Positions 57,882 through 64,000 of a DNA stretch of 64,000 nucleotides are shown piece by piece. The position numbers and the translations under genes were made by a program. Below the pieces are notes generated by a model that worked only from the letters and a program-made list of their open reading frames with translations, had not been told where the DNA came from and ran no database searches. The stretch comes from Promethearchaeia archaeon (GTDB taxonomy: Archaea; Asgardarchaeota; Lokiarchaeia; Sigyniarchaeales; SOKP01), in assembly GCA_029856125.1 (NCBI GenBank), contig JAHQWJ010000014.1:1-64000 (forward strand). Direction: 5' to 3'. Position 1 is the first letter of the stretch. Every line of letters begins with the position of its first letter.

Positions 57882-58143
57882 TGTATTTCACCTTAGTTTT
57901 GATTAATTTATTCATATTTGGTATATCCTACTTTATCTCATTTGATTTATAAAACTAGTTTTAAAATTTTATAAATAGAAGATTTTAATATGAAAAAAAA
58001 AGATCAAGAAGCCCTTACATTACATTTAGTTTATATTTTAGATATTTTTAAATTGCAAGCAAATTGGATAGAAATTTCATTTATTTCTAAAAAATGAACC
58101 AAAATGTAAAAAGACCTTTAGTGATCAATATTAATTACTCTCT

Positions 58144-58590
58144 TTACACTATATGAATTTTCGCATTATACTCTTTATTAATTTGGTTTACAATTTCCCT
58201 TGAGAGTTCTACTTCAGGAAGAAAAAACACGGGACACTCTTGGAGGATTGCTAAGGAAATTGAGTAGCAGTCCGAAATGGCGATTGGATATCTACATTTA
58301 ATATTGGCTGCTTTTTTGAATAACCATGTGTCACCTATAGTGTTCATTATGCTCTCTGTCTTTTTTAAAACCATCTCAGCTTCAGTCATAGATATTTCGC
58401 GACAAGTTATGTAGAATAGTTCTGATTTGATTAAATTATGCCCATAGAGTACTATCTTTGATTCTTGAGTAAAAAGATACTCCTCTAATAAAGAATTAAT
58501 ATCGCGTGCTTCACTTATGAAATAACCAAGTAAAACACTGGTGTCCAAAACTAGATTAGGGGTATTGATTAGAATTTGTCTAATACTCAT
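58144..58590 (-). CDS. PIN-domain (VapC-like) toxin
   Basis: VLDTS, SELFY, IAISDCYSISLA. Confidence 0.8.
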   Translation of the reverse strand: MSIRQILINTPNLVLDTSVLLGYFISEARDINSLLEEYLFTQESKIVLYGHNLIKSELFYITCREISMTEAEMVLKKTESIMNTIGDTWLFKKAANIKCRYPIAISDCYSISLAILQECPVFFLPEVELSREIVNQINKEYNAKIHIV

Positions 58591-58604
58591 TGAATCACTT
58601 CTGT

Positions 58605-58877
58605 TTATTCTTTAAATGGGGCAAGGTTTTCTTCTTGTTTCAAATCTTTCTTTTTTTCATCTATATAAGACTTCTTTGCGGATTTTGGTAATATTCCTTT
58701 CAAGCTTCTGAATTGTTGTAAATTAGATTTTCTAATCAGGTTCGATGGTTGGCTTTCTATGAGATATCCAATAAGATCGTTATATGTTATAGCTTCCCCT
58801 TTTTGTTCCTCTAATCTTAATTTGATCCTAAATAATAATTTCTTGGTTTCGTCGTCAATTTGAATTGTGGTAGTCAT
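58605..58877 (-). CDS. Putative antitoxin (VapB-like)
   Basis: MTTTIQIDDETKK...TYNDLI, directly upstream of the PIN gene. Confidence 0.7.
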   Translation of the reverse strand: MTTTIQIDDETKKLLFRIKLRLEEQKGEAITYNDLIGYLIESQPSNLIRKSNLQQFRSLKGILPKSAKKSYIDEKKKDLKQEENLAPFKE

Positions 58878-59061
58878 ATCATTTTATTTCTATAGAGTTA
58901 TAATAAAAATAGGTCTATAGAATATTTAACTTTAACTATTAATTATCTTTTTAAAATCATTTAAAATCATCAATAGAATCAGCTCTCTTTTTTTCAATAA
59001 AAAAAAAGATTTCAAGTATAATTTAAGAAGGTCACACAAAAGGAAAAAATGTAAAATGAAA

Positions 59062-60300
59062 TTAATCATTTTTAAGATATTTCAAAAGCACTACGAAAAC
59101 AATAGCCATGATTAAGGGAACGATGATTCCTAATGCCAAAGTTAATTGGGCATTAAAAACTTCGTAAACATGAGTCGAAATTGGCGCTCCAATGGCTACT
59201 CCAGCAACTATCAGAGCATAGAATGTTCCTGTTGCTATACCGCTCTCAGAACCCTTGGTTTTCTCTTTAACAGCACCTGCTGAAGAAGGAAAAATCAATC
59301 CATGTCCTAAACCAAGGAAGACCATACCAATCATAGGTATATACATAGGTATTGGTTTTTCTGGGGATATCATGAAAACTCCAAATGCAGATGCTATCAA
59401 CAATAATCCAATTAACATTACTTTGGTGTATCCTATTTTGTCGCTCAATATACCTGCGGGATAATGAATTAGTATCGAAAAGATAACCATTATGCTAAGT
59501 ATCATTCCTGTTTGACCAGCGGTAAAATCTGCGGACTCCAGTATAACCGTATAAGCCGCCGTAACAATTCCCATATTAAACATCATTGCTAACATCGAAA
59601 AGTAAGGACTTATCATAGATTTTCTAAAGACGACTTTTCTAAATTTTTTGATTTCTTTGCGGAAGTTTAATTTCTCTTTAGAGGGTTGATAAATCTCAGG
59701 AAGGAGTAGCGAGGTAAATGACATGATGAATAAAACAATTGCTATTATGAAAAACAAATTGCTTGCTCCAATTATTTGAGCAACTAATCCACCTAACATG
59801 AATCCTACCAAATTTGAAAATCCGATGGACATTCCATATAGTGCCATCCCCCTTCCGCTCCGTTTCTCGGAAGTAGCGTCTGAGATATAAGACATTGTGG
59901 CAGGTCCTCCAAAACCACCCCCTATTCCGTGAATTATTCTTCCAAATAAAAGGAAAAAAGGGTCTTGAGCTAACGCATATAGAAGCATTGATACGCCATC
60001 TAAAAATACTCCGAAAGCTATTAATTTTTTTCTACCGAATTTGTCAACTAACCTTCCAAAGATTAAATTTGAGGGAATATGGACCATAGAGTAAATTCCT
60101 ACAATAAATCCCATGAATAGTAACGAGGCTCCTAAATCTAACGAATACGTAGCAATTATCGGAATTGCTGCGTTGCTGTCGAAATTGACTAAAAATGACA
60201 ACGTAAGTGCTAAAAAAATATGTTTTTTTTCAATTATTAGATTTTTTTGGCTTTTCCCTTCTGCAACATCTAAAGAGGCATGTGAAATCTGTTTTCTCAC
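59062..60300 (-). CDS. MFS transporter
   Basis: GRLVDKFGRK motif A, GRIIHGIG, GILSDKIG; about 12 TM. Confidence 0.93.
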   Translation of the reverse strand: MRKQISHASLDVAEGKSQKNLIIEKKHIFLALTLSFLVNFDSNAAIPIIATYSLDLGASLLFMGFIVGIYSMVHIPSNLIFGRLVDKFGRKKLIAFGVFLDGVSMLLYALAQDPFFLLFGRIIHGIGGGFGGPATMSYISDATSEKRSGRGMALYGMSIGFSNLVGFMLGGLVAQIIGASNLFFIIAIVLFIMSFTSLLLPEIYQPSKEKLNFRKEIKKFRKVVFRKSMISPYFSMLAMMFNMGIVTAAYTVILESADFTAGQTGMILSIMVIFSILIHYPAGILSDKIGYTKVMLIGLLLIASAFGVFMISPEKPIPMYIPMIGMVFLGLGHGLIFPSSAGAVKEKTKGSESGIATGTFYALIVAGVAIGAPISTHVYEVFNAQLTLALGIIVPLIMAIVFVVLLKYLKND

Positions 60301-60416
60301 CAGAAGTATTTTTTTTATTTATTTTCCCGTTAACATTCTGAAATTTCACATCAAAATTAAAATTTTTTATGATAAATCAAATTATTTTATATGTTAGTTT
60401 TTATTATGTTAAGTGA

Positions 60417-60758
60417 ATGAACATGACACCTTCTAATAAGCGCTTAAAACAAGAATACAAAACAATTAAAACTATGATTCGAATGTATTGTAAAAAGGTT
60501 CATGACTGTGAAGAAGGTTTATGTCAAGAATGCTCTGATCTTCTCAATTACGCTGAAGAACGATTAAATAATTGTAAATATGGTGAAGATAAACCCACAT
60601 GTGATACGTGCTCAATTCATTGTTATAAGCCTGATATGAGGGAGAAAATACGAGAGGCTATGCGTTATGCCGGCCCGCGGATGATTTACACGCATCCTAT
60701 TATGGGATTTCGGCACTTGTTTAAAAAAATGAAAAAAAAAGAAAATTTAGTAGACTAA
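60417..60758 (+). CDS. YgbA / nitrous-oxide-stimulated-promoter family protein
   Basis: MIRMYC, LCQEC, KPTCDTCSIHCY, MRYAGPRM...HP. Confidence 0.88.
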   Translation: MNMTPSNKRLKQEYKTIKTMIRMYCKKVHDCEEGLCQECSDLLNYAEERLNNCKYGEDKPTCDTCSIHCYKPDMREKIREAMRYAGPRMIYTHPIMGFRHLFKKMKKKENLVD

Positions 60759-60782
60759 GAATTCCAGAGTTTTGTTTGAATT

Positions 60783-61604
60783 TTAATTATAAATTATTTT
60801 AGTCAGTTCACTTTCTTGTCCTTTAAGATAATTTTTGAGGACACCCTTCTTCTTCATCGAGAGAATAACTACTTCAAGTCCTTCTTGTATTTTATCCTTA
60901 ATAGAAGCCAGTGAAAGCAATTTACCTCGCATTTTGCCAGAGGCATCATCATTAGCTGTTTCGTTCGATTTGTGAACCAATTGCTCAATCTCATTGATAT
61001 TTATCTCTCTAAGCATTTGTGCATGTGCTTCTAATTTTGGGTCTTTATCGAATACACCAGGCACATCTGTTGCAAATATCAGTTGTTTAGCGTCTACTAC
61101 GCGCGAAAGAACTACAGCCAATTGATCTCCGCCACAAACGCTAAACCCCATACTAGAGTCGTACATCATGTCTCCTCCTATCAGGGGGACCATCCCCAAA
61201 GATAAAAAGCCTTTTAAAGAGTTAAATGCGTAATCAGTTATTACCATCTTACTGCCCACAACCATCGAAGAGGCGTGCATTAAGTTAATAGGAATTCTTT
61301 CTTCCAGAAATGTAGTAGCAATTGTTTTTCGAAACCCATTCACGATTTGTTGCGTTTTTGACATAGAAATTAATTGATCTTTGTTTCTAAATCCCTTATG
61401 AAGGTTGTATTTTAGCACGGGTGGATGACCGAAAGAACCTACCCCGTGGACAATCACAAGATTTTTGATTAATCCTAAATCAATACATTCTTTTATTTCT
61501 ACTGCGACCGCTTTTATAACTTCCTCTCTAAGTTTATATGGCGTTGATTTGTTCGTAAGCAATGAACCGCCAAGCTTTAAAACAATTGGATCTTCTACTG
61601 TCAT
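60783..61604 (-). CDS. ipk: Isopentenyl phosphate kinase
   Basis: KLGGSLLT, VHGVGSFGHP (IPK His), GGD, TDVPGV, DASGKMRGK. Confidence 0.85.
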   Translation of the reverse strand: MTVEDPIVLKLGGSLLTNKSTPYKLREEVIKAVAVEIKECIDLGLIKNLVIVHGVGSFGHPPVLKYNLHKGFRNKDQLISMSKTQQIVNGFRKTIATTFLEERIPINLMHASSMVVGSKMVITDYAFNSLKGFLSLGMVPLIGGDMMYDSSMGFSVCGGDQLAVVLSRVVDAKQLIFATDVPGVFDKDPKLEAHAQMLREININEIEQLVHKSNETANDDASGKMRGKLLSLASIKDKIQEGLEVVILSMKKKGVLKNYLKGQESELTKIIYN

Positions 61605-61624
61605 TTGTACTCCTAGATATTATA

Positions 61625-62425
61625 TTAGAAACTAAAAGAATAAGGCCAAAAGGTTGGAAATGCGAATTCAAGTATCAAGATAACGATTACAACCGCCAGA
61701 AAAATTGTGAAATTATCAGTGCCCTTAGGTGATACCGCTTCTACTATCGTAGCAACTATACTAACAACTATTATCGGTAAAATTAGTATGAGTATATCAA
61801 ACTGTGGAACTTCTAAAGAAAAAATCAACACGAGAATAGAGCTTACTAATATCGATCCAACTAGCATACCTATACTTCCTACTATAGTTTTCTCGCTCCC
61901 TTTGAGTCCAATCTTTTTTTTACCAAATTTACGCCCTATTATATCTGCTAACCCATCTCCACCGGAAATACATCCAATTATAAGTAGAGCGGTAGGATTT
62001 GCGTTACTTATCCCGGTAGATGGTACGTAAAACCAAAACCAAGTCATTAATACCATAACAATCGCATAGTAGAGCGTTCCTTGAAGAAGTTCCCGAGGGT
62101 CTCCCGATCTCGACATAGATGCCACAAAACTTTCGTTCTTTATAACACCCATACCGATAGTAATGAATTGTAATACGAATAACAATGGTACTATTACAGC
62201 TACATAATGACTAACGATCTCACCTGAGAAGAGCATCCACGTAACTACGAACACGGGGCCCGCAAAAATATGCACAAATTTTCTCGTAATAATTTGCGAA
62301 ACTTTTCCCTTTTTCTGCATATATGCGTTAATCTGAACTAAAGCCAATAGTATTACTATGGATATAACAGTCGCAATTAAATCCCAAACAAAAACTAAAT
62401 TACTTCCTAACGGATTAAATACCAT
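61625..62425 (-). CDS. Phytol/farnesol/dolichol kinase family (CTP-dependent)
   Basis: TRKFVHI, SMSRSGDPRELLQGTLYY, GGDGLADIIGR, KTIVGS, DN. Confidence 0.85.
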   Translation of the reverse strand: MVFNPLGSNLVFVWDLIATVISIVILLALVQINAYMQKKGKVSQIITRKFVHIFAGPVFVVTWMLFSGEIVSHYVAVIVPLLFVLQFITIGMGVIKNESFVASMSRSGDPRELLQGTLYYAIVMVLMTWFWFYVPSTGISNANPTALLIIGCISGGDGLADIIGRKFGKKKIGLKGSEKTIVGSIGMLVGSILVSSILVLIFSLEVPQFDILILILPIIVVSIVATIVEAVSPKGTDNFTIFLAVVIVILILEFAFPTFWPYSFSF

Positions 62426-62580
62426 AATTTATCACTATTCACATTATATTATTATTTTATAATAGAATTAACTCCTAAAAATCTTAGAAGATATAAAATT
62501 CATTTGGTTTGCGTTCAAATAAAAAATATAAAAAAAAATATATAAAAAAAAATTGAATTTAGCTTCTTGAAATTTCTGGA

Positions 62581-62880
62581 TTACATATTGATAATGGAAT
62601 CGTTCTCAAAAATTAAGTCAATTACCTCATCAGAAGCAACCAGCCTGATTTTATCAGAAATAAACTTATTGAGTCCCCGAATATCTATGTGTTCTTTACA
62701 CGCAAAAACAGTTTTCTTTTGATTAAGCGCTTGTGAAACCGCTTTATTAGATTTATTTGCAAAATAGACCGCGTTTTGAAGTAAAAGGATTGTAACGTCG
62801 TCGTCATCTGTGTGTTCCATTGCAAGCTCTACGCCTGTAATATCTTCACTCGTTATAAAATATAATACTTTTTTTCCCAT
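62581..62880 (-). CDS. DsrH/TusB-like protein
   Basis: ILLLQNAVY, HIDIRGL; third gene of the EFH trio. Confidence 0.78.
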   Translation of the reverse strand: MGKKVLYFITSEDITGVELAMEHTDDDDVTILLLQNAVYFANKSNKAVSQALNQKKTVFACKEHIDIRGLNKFISDKIRLVASDEVIDLIFENDSIINM

Positions 62881-62895
62881 TTTTTTTCAATCCTC

Positions 62896-63240
62896 CTAGA
62901 ATGGTATGGTTACGGTTGAATCCGCAATCATTTTTAATATTTCTCCATGCTCTTTTACTTGAACTTTATCGATGAGATCGTCTTTAGTTAAGCCGCGCTC
63001 ATCAAGCGATTTCTTGTCAACAAATATATCTAAATCAATGTTTGTAATAAATTCTATGTGCATAGCGTACATTGTTTTATCGACATCCTTTGTAAAGGTG
63101 TAAACAGCGTCGTTAATCGCAATTGTAATCGGATCGAAATCAGCACTAACAGCAACCGTCATTCTTAATCCTTCAACGGGATATAGAGTTCCGTGAGGAG
63201 GCTGCCGTAAAAGTATAACTACATTTTTTTCTTCTGCCAT
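62896..63240 (-). CDS. DsrF/TusC-like protein
   Basis: RQPPHGT..EGLR, DAVY, SLDERGL. Confidence 0.8.
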   Translation of the reverse strand: MAEEKNVVILLRQPPHGTLYPVEGLRMTVAVSADFDPITIAINDAVYTFTKDVDKTMYAMHIEFITNIDLDIFVDKKSLDERGLTKDDLIDKVQVKEHGEILKMIADSTVTIPF

Positions 63241-63251
63241 TTTTTATCACC

Positions 63252-63614
63252 TTAACAAATTACTACAAGTTTATCGGTTTCTTCTATTATTTTAGCAAGA
63301 TCGGGAGTTCCTGCCCGTTTCACATCGCCGCACTCCTTTTTTAAACAATTTTTCATAGTTCCTCTAACTAAGAGACAAAGATTACACAATCTTATCGTAG
63401 CTCCCTTATTTAGAATTTCTCTGAAACCCTCTTCAATATTGAAAATTCCTTCAATTTTTTTCTGATTCTCTAAGAGCGCATTTACGGCATCCATATAACA
63501 AAAGATACGAACTTCGTGTCCTTTGTCTAAGGCAGCATCAGCTAGTTTCACTACTGTTTCAGAGGCTTGTGTTTGATAGGGTCCATCAAAAAAAAGAATT
63601 CCTAATCGAGCCAT
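63252..63614 (-). CDS. DsrE/TusD-like sulfur relay protein
   Basis: GPY, GHEVRIFCYMDAV, LCNLCLLVRG. Confidence 0.82.
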   Translation of the reverse strand: MARLGILFFDGPYQTQASETVVKLADAALDKGHEVRIFCYMDAVNALLENQKKIEGIFNIEEGFREILNKGATIRLCNLCLLVRGTMKNCLKKECGDVKRAGTPDLAKIIEETDKLVVIC

Positions 63615-63636
63615 TTTATTTTGTCAACTCCATCTC

Positions 63637-64000
63637 TTAATCTGATTTTCTCATGAAGAGAAGATAAGCCATTATCCAGGATCCAAACATAATGCAAGCG
63701 CCAGTTATAATGCTGTGTAGTGAAAGTTGTGGAACGCCGCCTAAGATGTTCGTAATATTACATCCCATTGCTGTTACTGCGCCAAATCCCATTAAAATTC
63801 CGCCAAAGAATTGCTTCAATAATGTAAAAGCGTCTTTTGGAACTCTTAATTTAAATTCACCACTAATAACAGCAGCAATAAGCGATCCGAGGATAGCACC
63901 AACGATTATAAAGCCTGGCCACGCCATAGGATCGTTTAAAGTAAGCCATTTGCTTATATCCATCCAGCCGCCAGTAATACCTAGTACTCCCCCACCGGCA
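63637..64000 (-). CDS. YeeE/YedE sulfur-compound transporter (5' end beyond the window)
   Basis: GAILGS..SGEF, GGILMGFG...GCN; frame stays open to the window edge. Confidence 0.85.
   Translation of the reverse strand, partial: AGGGVLGITGGWMDISKWLTLNDPMAWPGFIIVGAILGSLIAAVISGEFKLRVPKDAFTLLKQFFGGILMGFGAVTAMGCNITNILGGVPQLSLHSIITGACIMFGSWIMAYLLFMRKSD

Noticed and set aside
58144-58877. Toxin-antitoxin pair as a marker of a mobile element
   Set aside because: No integrase, transposase, terminal repeats or att-like duplication was seen nearby.
2290-62030. Many antisense or nested ORFs in the track (e.g. 2290-2610, 3590-3967, 28005-28331, 50200-50631, 61707-62030)
   Set aside because: They lie wholly within well-supported genes, lack motifs and RBS, and are shadow frames.

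Overview
AT-rich archaeal chromosomal window, most likely from an Asgard archaeon (Lokiarchaeia-like). This is inferred from Rag/Arf- and Rab-like GTPases, roadblock and longin-like domains, an IPGF C-terminal sorting signal, fwdA, IPK and GGTGA/GGAGG ribosome-binding sites. Recognisable content: an hdrCBA-mvhD(flxD)-flxCBA operon in Cys form, two PAS histidine kinases, cysE-cysK, tRNA-Cys-cysS, fwdA, mobA, two convergent purF homologues, hypF/hypD/hypE, serA, a GlcD/GlcF-like dehydrogenase pair, heme O synthase, a VapBC-type pair, an MFS transporter, IPK with a prenol kinase, dsrEFH and a truncated yeeE. No CRISPR, rRNA or transposase was seen. The best candidates for undescribed biology are: (1) a locus at 46.5-57.9 kb with heme O synthase, a DUF420/CtaM-like protein, a secreted His1 metal-binding protein and two paralogous 12-TM proteins whose His pattern resembles a very divergent heme-copper-oxidase subunit I; (2) a putative operon linking a sensor kinase and a receiver-longin/uDENN fusion to a Rag-like GTPase; (3) a tRNA-Cys with a long, class II-type variable arm next to an atypical CysRS; (4) a UBC/RWD-like domain fused to a catalytically dead JAMM/MPN domain; (5) genes that appear to start at ATT/ATC codons. 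All family calls come from motif recognition by eye; no searches were run.
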